Positions 27,623 to 37,306 are shown, numbered from the stretch's first letter. The stretch: 64,000 nucleotides of DNA from Planctomycetota bacterium (GCA_027021385.1 JALUUL010000079.1:5738-69737), one strand, 5' to 3'. The notes: a model not told the origin generated them from the letters alone. Translations and numbers: made by a program.

Positions 27623-28876
27623 GTGAACGATCGAGACGTCGAGGTCCTGATCCTTGGGTGCGGCGCCGCCGGTCTTGCTGCGGCCGCGGAGGCGGCCTCC
27701 CTGGGCGCCCGGGTCCTCGTGCTCGAGAAGAACTCGGAACCCGCCCTGAAGATCCGGATCAGCGGCGGAGGGCGTTGCAACCTGACGACCACCCTGGGAC
27801 CGAGCGAGGCGGAACCCTTGTTCGGGAGGGAAGGCGGGCGTTTTCTCCGATCCGCCCTTCGTCGCACGTCCTCCCGGACGATCCGGGCCTGGGTCGAAGA
27901 ACAGGGAGTTCCGACCGTCGTCGAGGATTTCGGCAAGGTCTTTCCCGCTTCCGGGAAGGCGGAGGATGTCGCCCGCGCCCTCGTCGCCCGGGCGCGGGAG
28001 GCCGGAGCGGGGATCCGGCTCCGAACCCGCGCCCTCGCGGTCGAGAAGATCGGATCCCCGATGGGGCCGGGTCCGCGCTGGAGGGTGCTGACAGCCGCGG
28101 ATGAGTGCCTCAGGGCCCGGACTCTCATCCTCGCGGTCGGGGGATGCAGCTATCCGAAGACCGGGACGGTCGGCGAGGGTTTCTCCTGGCTTCGATCCCT
28201 GGGAGTCGGGTTGGTCGAACCCCATCCCGCCCTCGCCCCCCTCGAGGCGGAAGGGCTCTCGCCGCTCGCGGGCATCACGTTGAAAGAGTGCGAAGCCCAG
28301 ATACGCGGACCGAGCGGGAAGATCCTCCTCCGGCGGCGCCGTCCCCTCCTGTTCACGCACCGGGGGCTCTCGGGGCCCGCGGCGATGGATCTCTGCTCCT
28401 GCCTCGAGCGGGCCTTGGGGAGCCGCAGGGTCGTCATCGATCTATGTCCGGGGGTTCCGGAGGACGTTCTTCTCACGACCCTCTTCCGAAAGGGGGGGGA
28501 TGCGGCCCGGACCCTTCAGCGCGAACTAGATCTTCCGCTCCGGCTCGTGCGGCATCTGCTCGAGATCCACGGCCTCCCTGGAAAGCCTCTTCCCCAGTTC
28601 AGGAAGGAGGAGCGCAGGGGCCTTTGCCGTATCCTGAAGCGATGGGATCCCGGGGTCCGCAAGAGTCTCGGTTTCACGAAGGCGGAGTCGACGGGGGGCG
28701 GGGTCCGGCTGGAGGAGGTCGATCCGGAGACGATGGAACTCCTGCGCTTTCCGGGACTCCATGTGACGGGCGAACTCCTCGACGTCGATGGGCCGATCGG
28801 AGGATTCAGCTTCTGGATCGCCTTTGCGACAGGAGCGGCTGCAGGACGGGGAGCGGCCCTCTCCCTGCGGGGTTGA
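27623..28876 (+). CDS. HI0933/YhiN/BaiN-family NAD(P)/FAD-dependent flavoprotein
   Basis: GTG start preceded by GGAAGG. VLILGCGAAGLAAA, LEKN...KIRISGGGRCNLT, LILAVGGCSYPKTG. Confidence 0.8.
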   Translation: MNDRDVEVLILGCGAAGLAAAAEAASLGARVLVLEKNSEPALKIRISGGGRCNLTTTLGPSEAEPLFGREGGRFLRSALRRTSSRTIRAWVEEQGVPTVVEDFGKVFPASGKAEDVARALVARAREAGAGIRLRTRALAVEKIGSPMGPGPRWRVLTAADECLRARTLILAVGGCSYPKTGTVGEGFSWLRSLGVGLVEPHPALAPLEAEGLSPLAGITLKECEAQIRGPSGKILLRRRRPLLFTHRGLSGPAAMDLCSCLERALGSRRVVIDLCPGVPEDVLLTTLFRKGGDAARTLQRELDLPLRLVRHLLEIHGLPGKPLPQFRKEERRGLCRILKRWDPGVRKSLGFTKAESTGGGVRLEEVDPETMELLRFPGLHVTGELLDVDGPIGGFSFWIAFATGAAAGRGAALSLRG

Positions 28877-28905
28877 GGAGGTGTTCCCGCGCCTTTCCGG
28901 GGGGA

Positions 28906-29730
28906 TCAGGGGTAGCTCTCGTCGAGGTTCGGAAACTCCCCCTCCCTCACATCGCGGACATAGTGCCTGAACGCTTCCTCCATCAAGTGCGCCAGTTCGG
29001 CGTAGCGGCGCACGAACCTGGGATGGAAACGGGTGAAGAGGCCGAGCATGTCGTGGGTGACGAGGATTTGGCCGTCGCAGTGGGGACCGGCTCCGATCCC
29101 GATCGTCGGGATCTCCAGGGCTTCGGTGATCTCCCGGCCGAGGTCCGCGGGGACCTTCTCGAGGACGAGGGCGAAGACCCCGGCCTCCTCGAGAGCGCGG
29201 GCGTCTTCGAGGATCCTCCGGCGCTCCTCCGGATCCGTCCCCCGGACCTTGTAGGTTCCGAAGCGGTGGATGGACTGGGGGGTCAGGCCGAGATGCCCCA
29301 TGACGGGGATGCCGGACTCGTCGAGCCGCCGGACGACCTTGAGGAAGGGTTTGCCCCCCTCGAGTTTCACCGCTTCGGCCTGGGATTCCTTCATCAACCG
29401 CCCAGCGTTCCGGAGGGCCTCCTCCTCGCTGACCTGGAAGGACAGGAACGGGAGATCGACGACGATCATGGCCCTTCGGACCGCCCGGGCGACGACGAGA
29501 CAGTGATAGGCCATCTGGTCCATCGTCACGGAGACGGTCGTATCCAGGCCCTGGACGACGGTTCCGACGCTGTCTCCGACGAGGAGGACGTCGATGCCGG
29601 CCCGGTCGCAGAGTTCGGCCATCAGGGCGTCGTAGGCCGTGAGGCAGGCGATCTTCTTCCCCTTGGCCTTCATGCGGCGGAGGGCCTCGGTCGTCACCTT
29701 TCGGGATCGGGGCGCGGTTTCCTGGCTCAT
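28906..29730 (-). CDS. panB: 3-methyl-2-oxobutanoate hydroxymethyltransferase
   Basis: KKIACLTAYDA...DVLLVGDSVGTVVQG...VTMDQM..H...VVDLPF.S....AVKLEGG...GIPVMGHLGLTPQS. Confidence 0.92.
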   Translation of the reverse strand: MSQETAPRSRKVTTEALRRMKAKGKKIACLTAYDALMAELCDRAGIDVLLVGDSVGTVVQGLDTTVSVTMDQMAYHCLVVARAVRRAMIVVDLPFLSFQVSEEEALRNAGRLMKESQAEAVKLEGGKPFLKVVRRLDESGIPVMGHLGLTPQSIHRFGTYKVRGTDPEERRRILEDARALEEAGVFALVLEKVPADLGREITEALEIPTIGIGAGPHCDGQILVTHDMLGLFTRFHPRFVRRYAELAHLMEEAFRHYVRDVREGEFPNLDESYP

Positions 29731-29751
29731 GGGGAGCCTCCTGGCGGGGAC

Positions 29752-31437
29752 CTACCAGTCCCCGAAGATGTCAGGTTCGTCCTCGCCGTTCCCCCGAGGG
29801 TCCTCTTCAGGCGGAGGGGGGGGGACATAGGGGGTCTCTTCCACCGGGACCTTCCTTTTTTTCCCTTTTCCCCGGCCGGGGGCTTTCCATTTTCCTGGGT
29901 CGGCCTGGTCCCCGATGACCGAGCCGTACGTCGGGATCTGAGAAGGGTCGAGTTCGATGTCCGGAAGAGGGGCGATCTCGGGAAGGGGCTTGGCCTTCTC
30001 CGAACGTTTCCTCCGCCGTTTGCGGCGTTTTCCACCCTTCTCCTCCTTGGCGGGGGATTCCTCGGGGGAGGAGGGGGACTCGTCGGAGGTCCCCGCTTCC
30101 TTTCGACCTCCGGACTTCTTGGAGCCTCGGGCTCGCCGCTTCCGCTTTTCGAGCCGGGGGGGCTCCTCGGGGGAGGCGGGGGCCGTCGCCCCTTCCGGAA
30201 GCCGGTCCTCCGGGGCGCTCCCGTCCTCGGGGGGACGCTCCTTCCGCTCGAGGGCGGTCCACCGTTCGAGGTCCTCGAAGCCCCGTCCGGTCGCCATGCA
30301 GCGGAGGCGGAAGAACCGGAACGCTTCGGGGAAGGATTCCTGCTTGACGAAGACCGAGGGTCTTCCCGTCCGTCCCCCCTTCCCTTCGGGAACCGAGAAT
30401 CGGTTCTGGACGACGTAGATCCTTCTCATCTTCGCGGCTTCCGCGCGGGGAAGGCTCAGAGCCCGGAAGAGGGGATCGAGCTGGTCGTAGACCCAACGAC
30501 CGAGGTCCCTGTCACCGACGGGGCCGTTCCTGCGCGCCTCGAGGAAGTCGTAGAACAGGGCGGCCAAGCAGAGCGCCGTGCTCGGAGGTGGCCCTTCCTG
30601 ACAGAGGGCGTCGAGGGCCTCGAGCTTCTTCCAGAAGCGGAGCCTCGCTTCCGTCTCCGTGTGTTCGAGAAAACCGTGAAGATCCTCGAGGACGACTCCG
30701 AGAGCCCGGCAATCGCGAAGGAGCTGGAAGGCGCGCAAAGCCTTCCCGCTCTTCAGGAGGCGAAGGATCTCCTCGAGGATCCGGGGAGGGGCTCCCTTTG
30801 CGAGGTCCCGGGAGACTCTGCACATCGCCTCCCAGGTTCCCTTTTCGATCGAGAACCCGAGACGGGAAGCGAACTTGATCGCCCGAAGGATCCGGATCGG
30901 ATCCTCCCGCATCCGGATCCCGGGCGAACCGATGGCCCGCACCAGACGGAGCTGGAGGTCATGGATCCCTCCGACCCAATCCAGGATCCGGTCTTCGGTC
31001 GGATCATAGAAGAGGCCGTTGATCGTGAAATCCCGGCGATAGGCGTCGTCCTCGGCGGTCCCGAACTCATTGTCGCTGCGGATGAGGAGTTCTTCCTCGT
31101 TCCGTCGCCGAGCGGGCATCGTTCGGAAGGTCGAGACCTCGAGGATCTTCCCGTCGAAATGGACGTGGGCGAGTTTGAACCTGCGCCCGATGACCCGGCA
31201 GTTCCGGAAGAGGGCCTTGACCTGGCGCGGACGGGCCTCGGTCGCGATGTCGAAATCCTTCGGAGTCCTTCCGAGGAGGAGGTCCCGGACGCATCCGCCG
31301 ACGAGGTAGGTCTCGAACCCCTTGCGCTGGAGCCTCGAGAGGACCTTGACGGCATCCGCATCCAGGGAATGGGGGGCGATTCCCGTATTCCGAAAGACCC
31401 GGAGTTCGGTCTTCTCCGGGGTCGTGGTGTCGATCAT
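29752..31437 (-). CDS. pcnB: Poly(A) polymerase I (PcnB-type nucleotidyltransferase) with long K/R/E/P-rich C-terminal tail
   Basis: YLVGGCVRDLLLGRTPKDFDIAT...LFRNCRVIGRRFKLAHVHF. The start is re-called to MIDTTTPEK at 31437. The tail of about 200 aa is low complexity. Confidence 0.8.
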   Translation of the reverse strand: MIDTTTPEKTELRVFRNTGIAPHSLDADAVKVLSRLQRKGFETYLVGGCVRDLLLGRTPKDFDIATEARPRQVKALFRNCRVIGRRFKLAHVHFDGKILEVSTFRTMPARRRNEEELLIRSDNEFGTAEDDAYRRDFTINGLFYDPTEDRILDWVGGIHDLQLRLVRAIGSPGIRMREDPIRILRAIKFASRLGFSIEKGTWEAMCRVSRDLAKGAPPRILEEILRLLKSGKALRAFQLLRDCRALGVVLEDLHGFLEHTETEARLRFWKKLEALDALCQEGPPPSTALCLAALFYDFLEARRNGPVGDRDLGRWVYDQLDPLFRALSLPRAEAAKMRRIYVVQNRFSVPEGKGGRTGRPSVFVKQESFPEAFRFFRLRCMATGRGFEDLERWTALERKERPPEDGSAPEDRLPEGATAPASPEEPPRLEKRKRRARGSKKSGGRKEAGTSDESPSSPEESPAKEEKGGKRRKRRRKRSEKAKPLPEIAPLPDIELDPSQIPTYGSVIGDQADPGKWKAPGRGKGKKRKVPVEETPYVPPPPPEEDPRGNGEDEPDIFGDW

Positions 31438-31743
31438 GGATGTTCTTGAATCTCTGTATCGGGGGTCCTGCGGGTCTTGCCCGCACTGTTTCCGATCGCC
31501 CCCGGGGCTTCCGCCCGCAGGAACACGGTGTTCGCGGCGCCCCATTGTTCCGAGGCCCCGGGGGGCCGGGCAAGGCCCGGAAGGAAAGGTTTCCGCATTC
31601 CTGCGGGAAGGTCCGGAGGGATGGGGGGGAGGGCATCCTTTTCTCCGGGGCTTCGCCTCCTACAATTCCCCCTTTTCCGAGAACCTGGATTCCGAAGCCT
31701 TCCGGGGCGGACCTTGGACCCTCTTTCTCGCTCGGGTGCGGCG

Positions 31744-32763
31744 ATGGCGAAACAAGACGACAAGAACAAGACCAGGGACAGGTCCTTCGAGGGGACCCTG
31801 GCCTTCGAGCGCCCCATCCTCGAGATGGAGCACAAGATCCAGGAGCTGAAGTCCCTGGCGGAGTCCACGCACCTCAACTTGAACGGGGAGGTGACGGCCC
31901 TCGAAGAGCGCCTCCGGAAGGTGACCTCTCAGGTCTACGACCGGCTGACCCCTTGGGAGAGGGTCAACGTCGCCCGCCACCCGGATCGGCCGGTGACCTC
32001 CGACTACCTGACACGGATGCTCGACGACTTCGTCGAACTGCACGGGGACCGCCTCTTCGCGGACGACCCGGCCATCGTGACCGGTTTCGGCATGCTGGAC
32101 GGGCGCCGCTTGATGCTCGTCGGCCACCGGAAGGGGAAATCGGTCAAGGAGAGGCTCCTCTGCAACTTCGGTTGCGCCCACCCCGAAGGATATCGAAAGG
32201 CCCTCGAGAAGATGCGGCTGGCGGAACGACTCGGGATTCCGATCCTCTGCCTGATCAACACCCCGGGCGCCTATCCGGGGATCGGAGCCGAGGAGCGGGG
32301 GCAGGCCCGGGCGATCGCCTACAACATCCGGGAGATGTTCGGACTCCGTGTCCCGATCCTCGCCCTGGTCATCGGGGAAGGCGGGTCCGGCGGAGCCCTC
32401 GGAATCGGGATCGGGGATCGGGTCGGCATCCTCGAACACGCCTATTATTCGGTCATCTCGCCCGAAGGTTGCGCGGCCATCCTCTGGAAGAGCGGAGACA
32501 AGGCACCCGAGGCCGCGGAGGCCCTCAAACTGACGGCGGGGGATCTGAAATCCCTCGGAGTCGTCGACGACGTCCTGCCCGAACCCCTCGGGGGTGCTCA
32601 TCGGAACCCGGAAGAGACTCTGGCCACCGTTCGGGAATGGGTCCTCGAAGGCCTCGATTCCCTCTCGGGGATGGCCCCTGAGGAACTCATGGAACGGAGG
32701 TTCCGGAAGTTCCGTGAGATGGGGGAGGTCGAGCAGGGGGAGGGCCACCCCGTCGAGGCCTGA
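31744..32763 (+). CDS. accA: Acetyl-CoA carboxylase carboxyltransferase subunit alpha
   Basis: Start re-called to MAKQDDKNK at 31744. TPWERVNVARHPDRP, FADDPAIVTG, INTPGAYPGIGAEERGQ, VIGEGGSGGAL. Confidence 0.92.
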   Translation: MAKQDDKNKTRDRSFEGTLAFERPILEMEHKIQELKSLAESTHLNLNGEVTALEERLRKVTSQVYDRLTPWERVNVARHPDRPVTSDYLTRMLDDFVELHGDRLFADDPAIVTGFGMLDGRRLMLVGHRKGKSVKERLLCNFGCAHPEGYRKALEKMRLAERLGIPILCLINTPGAYPGIGAEERGQARAIAYNIREMFGLRVPILALVIGEGGSGGALGIGIGDRVGILEHAYYSVISPEGCAAILWKSGDKAPEAAEALKLTAGDLKSLGVVDDVLPEPLGGAHRNPEETLATVREWVLEGLDSLSGMAPEELMERRFRKFREMGEVEQGEGHPVEA

Positions 32764-32795
32764 ACCGGGGGGCATGCCGGGATCGGGGGGTGGGA

Positions 32796-32818
32796 GAGAG
32801 GACCCCGGAGGGCCTCTC
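32796..32818 (+). terminator. GC-rich hairpin 33 nt after the accA stop (candidate intrinsic terminator, no clear U-tract)
   Basis: gagagg-a-ccc [cgga] ggg-cctctc: a 9-bp stem with a one-base bulge and a tetraloop. Confidence 0.3.
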
Positions 32819-32981
32819 CGAGGAGCTTTCCTCCCCGTGGAAGCGCTCTTTTCGCCAATCCTTCACATCAGGAAACCGGGGAACGTATGGTTGAGGCGCC
32901 CTCCGGCCTTCGGGGGGCTCAGGAACCCGTCCAGGATTCCGGTGCGAACGGCCGATCAGAGGCCGGACAGGACTGCGGCGC

Positions 32982-33641
32982 ATGGAAAGCAACGAGAGCC
33001 CGAGATTGTCGCGCTACGCGCAGGCGATGCGAGCGATGGGGGAGGACTACGCCGGCCGCCCGCGCCCCGACCCCGCGATCGAGGACAATACGCTGATCCA
33101 GAGGGCTCTCGACGGAGAGATGGAGGCCTTCGCCGGGTTGATGGCCCGCTACGAGCGGAAGGCCTTCTGGGTGGCATTCCAGGTCGTCGGCAGCATCGAG
33201 GAGGCGCGGGATCTCGTCCAGGAGGCCTTCCTCCGGGTCCATCGTTCTCTAGATCGCTTCGATTTTTCGAGGAATTTCTATACCTGGCTCTACCGGATCG
33301 TCACGAACCTTGCAATCGACAGTCTGCGAAAGAGCCGCAACGAACCGCGACAGGTCTCGGGGGAGGGGATCGATCTCCCGGACGAGGAGGAGCGGTATCG
33401 TCGGACCGCCTCTCCCGAGGAGCAGGAACGTGCCGCGAGGGTCCGAGCAGTCCTCGATACCTTGCCGCCCCGCTTCCGAACGGTCCTCGCGCTCCGGGAT
33501 CTCCATGGACTCTCCTGCCGCGAGATCGGCCCGATTCTCGATCTGACCTACGCGACCGTCCGCTGGAGGCTCCACAAAGCCCGGCAACTCTTCCGGCTCC
33601 ACTGGGAGCGAAGCCTGCCCAAGGGGGAGGATCATCGATGA
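32982..33641 (+). CDS. ECF (sigma-70 family, group IV) RNA polymerase sigma factor
   Basis: Region 2: AFAGLMARYERKAFWVAFQVVGSIEEARDLVQEAFLRV...FYTWLYRIVTNLAID. Region 4: LPPRFRTVLALRDLHGLSCREIGPILDLTYATVRWRLHKAR. Confidence 0.9.
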   Translation: MESNESPRLSRYAQAMRAMGEDYAGRPRPDPAIEDNTLIQRALDGEMEAFAGLMARYERKAFWVAFQVVGSIEEARDLVQEAFLRVHRSLDRFDFSRNFYTWLYRIVTNLAIDSLRKSRNEPRQVSGEGIDLPDEEERYRRTASPEEQERAARVRAVLDTLPPRFRTVLALRDLHGLSCREIGPILDLTYATVRWRLHKARQLFRLHWERSLPKGEDHR

Positions 33642-34396
33642 ATCCCGAGCACGGTGGCGCACGAATCCCCGGCCTTCCGCAGGCCGGCAGGTCTCCATTG
33701 TCCTGCCGTCTGGTCCGGGAACTCCTTCCCGAGGCCCTCGGCGGGGAACTCCACGAAGAAGCTATGAAGCTCCTCGAGGACCATGCCCGGCACTGCCATG
33801 CCTGCGGGGCGGAACGCGTGCGTCTCAAGGAGGCCCGGGAGGCGCTGGCCCTCCTGAAGGAGGGTGGGGCCGGAAGCCCGAGCTTGCCGGAGGACTTCTT
33901 CCGGTCGATGAGGGCCGAGGTGCTCGAGGAGATCGACTGGCGGAGGAAGAAGAGGGAGGAGGACGCCCGGATCCGGGATCTCCATTTGACGAGGAAAGGG
34001 GGCTTCCGCGTCCTCGGAGCGGGGCTTCCCGGAATCGGACTCCTCGCCGCGACCCTGCTCCTGGGGCTCTTCCTCGGGCGCGGGCTGGGACGCCCCGAGG
34101 CTCCCAAGGACTCTCCGGCCGGAGGGCCCGCGCATGCCGGCGGGGGCAGGATCGTGGAGAAGTCCGTGCATCTTCCCCAGGACACGAAGGATCTGCTCGA
34201 TTCCAAGGGTTTCCGAGCCCTGGCTTCGGATCCCCAGTTCGCGGAGAAACTCCGAAAGATCTGGCGGGAGTTCCAGGATCAGACGATGGCTTCCGGGGAT
34301 GATCTTTCCGCGGGCGGTTTCGATCTTCCCGAGTCGGAACCGGAAGGGCCTCCGTCTCCCATCCTGGGCAATGTCCTCGGGAGGACGGATTTCTGA
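33638..34396 (+). CDS. Anti-sigma factor, zf-HC2 type, single-pass membrane protein
   Basis: ATGA overlap with the sigma gene. H-x3-C-x2-C motif in LEDHARHCHACG. TM segment LPGIGLLAATLLLGLFLG. An extracytoplasmic tail follows. Confidence 0.8.
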   Translation: MNPEHGGARIPGLPQAGRSPLSCRLVRELLPEALGGELHEEAMKLLEDHARHCHACGAERVRLKEAREALALLKEGGAGSPSLPEDFFRSMRAEVLEEIDWRRKKREEDARIRDLHLTRKGGFRVLGAGLPGIGLLAATLLLGLFLGRGLGRPEAPKDSPAGGPAHAGGGRIVEKSVHLPQDTKDLLDSKGFRALASDPQFAEKLRKIWREFQDQTMASGDDLSAGGFDLPESEPEGPPSPILGNVLGRTDF

Positions 34397-34400
34397 CCTC

Positions 34401-35771
34401 ATGACCCCTCCGGTTCTGAGTTTCGGTTCCCGGTGGGTGTGCGGATCCTTCGGGAGGAGAGTTCCGGCCCTGGGTTTCGCGCTGATTTTCCTGGGCCCCC
34501 TCCCTGCAGCGCAGGATTCACCCAAACGGGAGGGGGGGGATCCGAGGTCGAAGCTCTCCGTGGGCCGGGAGACCGAGCATGAAAGTTCCTCCGCCGGTCC
34601 GCTCGCGAACCCGATCCTCAGAGGCCTCGCGAGGGAGATCCGGGCGATCCGGGAGCGGGCCCGCTGGCTCGGCTGGATTCGCCTGCGCCGGGGGCGGGAG
34701 ATGCATCCTGCCCTCCACCTGGGAAGGGGGATCGTCGCAACTCCCTTTCTTCCGGACGCCGAACAGGGACGGGGAGCGACCTATTATTTCGATCACGGGC
34801 GGATGAGGCTCTCCGTCCTGGGGTCGGACCGCCCCTTCGTGACCTTTCTCCGGATGAAGGACGCGACCCATCTCCAGGGCCTTCCCGCTCCGATCGGGAT
34901 GGATGAGGCGACTCCCCCCCCCGACCGCGGCGACCTCGCCCTCGTCCTCGGGCCGAGGGGGCGAACCCGTCTCGTCTTCCTTTCCGCGGGCCGCAGGCTT
35001 CGCTTCCGTCCGCCTCCGGGCGGGCCGCGGGGGCGAATGAGCGGAAGGGGGGGAGCGAATCGGCCTTCGCGATCCGGGATTCACGAAGGTCGACGTCCGG
35101 CGTATGGACTTCGGGACGCGGAATCGGCTCCGGGGTCCATGGTTCTGACTTGCGACGGCACCCTGCTCGGAATGCTCGTCCGGCCCCAGAGGCATCTTTT
35201 CCGGCGGGGGAAGCCTTCTTCCGGGGGCGGGAGGAACGAGGAGAGGGGGCGGGGGGAAGGGGAATACGAGTCCGCCTCGAAGGAGGGCGGGTCCCGGAGG
35301 ATCTCCCCCCGGAACCGGGAGGATTTCGCCCTCGTTCTCGATGCCCACATGCTCCGCGAACGCGGGCTCCGACTGGCGGCGAGCTTCCCCCCGGAAAAAG
35401 ACGATCTCGCGATCGGGGTCACGGTTCTCGAGGCCGAGGCCTACGCAAGGTGGAGGGCCCGACTCCGTTCGAGTTCCCGGCGGAATCCCGCCTCCAGGAG
35501 GGCGGGGAAGGGAGCGGGCGGTTCGGCTGCGCAGAAAGCGGAAGAGTCCCCGGGCGAGGAAGGTCTCGTCGTGCTGGGACTCTGCCGGGCCGGGCCGGCG
35601 GAACGGGCCGGCCTGCGCGTCTATGACAGGCTTCTCCGACTGGACGGAGTGGTGCTGGACCGGACGACGAAGCTGAGGGAAGTCCTCGCGAGGCACCGCT
35701 TCGGGGAGGTCCTCGACCTCCAGGTCCTCCGGGGGGCCGAACGCCTTCTCCTCAAGCTTCGTCTGGATTGA
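34401..35771 (+). CDS. Secreted PDZ-domain protein, possibly a degenerate HtrA/DegS-like (trypsin-fold) protein with R/G-rich insertions
   Basis: Starts 4 nt after the anti-sigma stop with a signal-like N-terminus. C-terminal PDZ: GLVVLGLCRAGPAERAGLRVYDRLLRLDGVVL. Upstream, GDLALVLGP and APGSMVLTCDGTLLGMLV weakly recall the HtrA DLALLK and GNSGGPL..G..IGI contexts. Confidence 0.6.
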   Translation: MTPPVLSFGSRWVCGSFGRRVPALGFALIFLGPLPAAQDSPKREGGDPRSKLSVGRETEHESSSAGPLANPILRGLAREIRAIRERARWLGWIRLRRGREMHPALHLGRGIVATPFLPDAEQGRGATYYFDHGRMRLSVLGSDRPFVTFLRMKDATHLQGLPAPIGMDEATPPPDRGDLALVLGPRGRTRLVFLSAGRRLRFRPPPGGPRGRMSGRGGANRPSRSGIHEGRRPAYGLRDAESAPGSMVLTCDGTLLGMLVRPQRHLFRRGKPSSGGGRNEERGRGEGEYESASKEGGSRRISPRNREDFALVLDAHMLRERGLRLAASFPPEKDDLAIGVTVLEAEAYARWRARLRSSSRRNPASRRAGKGAGGSAAQKAEESPGEEGLVVLGLCRAGPAERAGLRVYDRLLRLDGVVLDRTTKLREVLARHRFGEVLDLQVLRGAERLLLKLRLD

Positions 35772-35909
35772 TCTCCCGAGCTCCGGTCCGAAGCAGGGGA
35801 GGGGACTCCTCCCGGGAGTAAGGGCCACGTCCTCACGTTGGGTAGCCCTTGGAGGCGGGGCTTTGGAGCCCCTCTCCGCGACGCGGCCCGTAGCAAGGAG
35901 AGATTGAAC

Positions 35910-37229
35910 ATGAAACGCATCTTCCGAACCCTGTCCTCCGGGCTTTTCGTGCTTTCCCTCCTGGGGGTCGCCGCCCCCGCGGTCCTTGCTCAGGTCGAGG
36001 GAGGGGCGGAAGTCTCTACGAAGAACGGATCCCTTCAGGGGGGGGAGGACTTGAAGGGCCTTCTCCACGAACTGGGATCTCCGGACTTCGAGACGAGGTC
36101 CGAGGCCGCGGAAAGAATCGAAGCGATGGGACGAAGGGTGGTCCCCAAGCTGAGGAGGGCCCTGGAGAAGGCGGAGAATGCTGAGGCGAGATGGCAGATT
36201 CGCCGTCTCCTGCGGAAGCTGGAGAAGCAGGGGGCGAAGGGAGACGAACGGGGGAAGGAGGGCGGTGCCCGGACCCGGGGGAAGGCCCTGCGCCGTGAAA
36301 AGGTCCGGGGCCGGCGCGGGTGGCGGCGCGGTGAACTCGATGAGAGGATCTCCGAACTCGAAACCCGTCTCGAGGAAATGCGCCGGGAGATCGAGGAGAG
36401 CTTTCCGGGGATGAGGGGATTCCCGTTTCCGAAGATCCGCTTCCCGAGAATGCCTCGGTTCACCGTCCCCGGCGGCAACGGGATCTCGGGCGAGGAGCGC
36501 TCGATGAAGGTGGAGATCGGTCCGAGGGGGGTTCGGGTCGAGATCCGAGAAAAGGATCCCGGTGGAAAAACCCGTCGCAAGGTCTATGAGGCCGAGGACA
36601 TGGACTCCCTGCTCGAGGCCCATCCCGAACTGCGAGGCAAGATCCGAGTCGGGAAGGGAGGAGGGTTCGGGATCTTCGGCGGAGGTAGGAAGGGTTTGGA
36701 GATCGAGGATCTGGATGATTTCCTGAAGATCGAAAGGTTCCCGGAATGGTTTCTCAGAGGATTCGGCATCGATCTCGGGAGGATGTTCGACGAGGGGCGG
36801 GGAAAGCATCGCTCCCGTAAGGAGGAAGGCCGGCAGGCCGGCGAGAGCGAAGAGGAAGGCCGGCACGAAGAAGGACATGAAGGCCGGGAGAGGAAAAAAC
36901 GGCTCGAAAGGGAGGAGGGTTCGGAGGAGACCGGGCGTTCCGAACCTCCGAGGCTCGGCGTCTATGTAAGGGAGGAGATCCCGCCGGCCCTCCGAGAGTA
37001 TCTGGACCTCGAGGAGGACGAGGGGCTGTGGATCCAGCGGGTGCTCCAAGGAAGCCTCGCGGAACGGATCGGCTTGAGGAGGGGGGACATCCTTCTGAAG
37101 TTGAATGGGAAGACGATCGCCTCTCCCTCCGATGTCGCCCGGGTTCTCCGAAAGACCGGGAAAGGCGAGAGGGTCAAGGCCGTGTTCCTCCGGAAAGGGA
37201 GGATGGAGGACGGATCGGCCAGGCTTTGA
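35910..37229 (+). CDS. Secreted protein with an N-terminal HEAT-like repeat, a charged low-complexity centre and a C-terminal PDZ domain
   Basis: AAGGAG lies upstream of the ATG at 35910. Signal peptide MKRIFRTLSSGLFVLSLLGVAAPAVLAQ. SPDFETRSEAAERIEAMGRRVVPKLRRAL. PDZ: GLWIQRVLQGSLAERIGLRRGDILLKLNGKTI. Confidence 0.65.
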   Translation: MKRIFRTLSSGLFVLSLLGVAAPAVLAQVEGGAEVSTKNGSLQGGEDLKGLLHELGSPDFETRSEAAERIEAMGRRVVPKLRRALEKAENAEARWQIRRLLRKLEKQGAKGDERGKEGGARTRGKALRREKVRGRRGWRRGELDERISELETRLEEMRREIEESFPGMRGFPFPKIRFPRMPRFTVPGGNGISGEERSMKVEIGPRGVRVEIREKDPGGKTRRKVYEAEDMDSLLEAHPELRGKIRVGKGGGFGIFGGGRKGLEIEDLDDFLKIERFPEWFLRGFGIDLGRMFDEGRGKHRSRKEEGRQAGESEEEGRHEEGHEGRERKKRLEREEGSEETGRSEPPRLGVYVREEIPPALREYLDLEEDEGLWIQRVLQGSLAERIGLRRGDILLKLNGKTIASPSDVARVLRKTGKGERVKAVFLRKGRMEDGSARL

Positions 37230-37306
37230 TCCCCTGGATTCCCCCGGAAGGAGGATCGGAACCGGGGGGCTCGGGCCTGATGGGGTGAGTGGGAGCCTGG
37301 TCCGGA

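Noticed and set aside
28105-31449. 1114-aa ORF on the plus strand
   Set aside because: It is antisense to panB and pcnB, both of which have unambiguous family motifs. The translation is featureless and G/R/P/E-rich.
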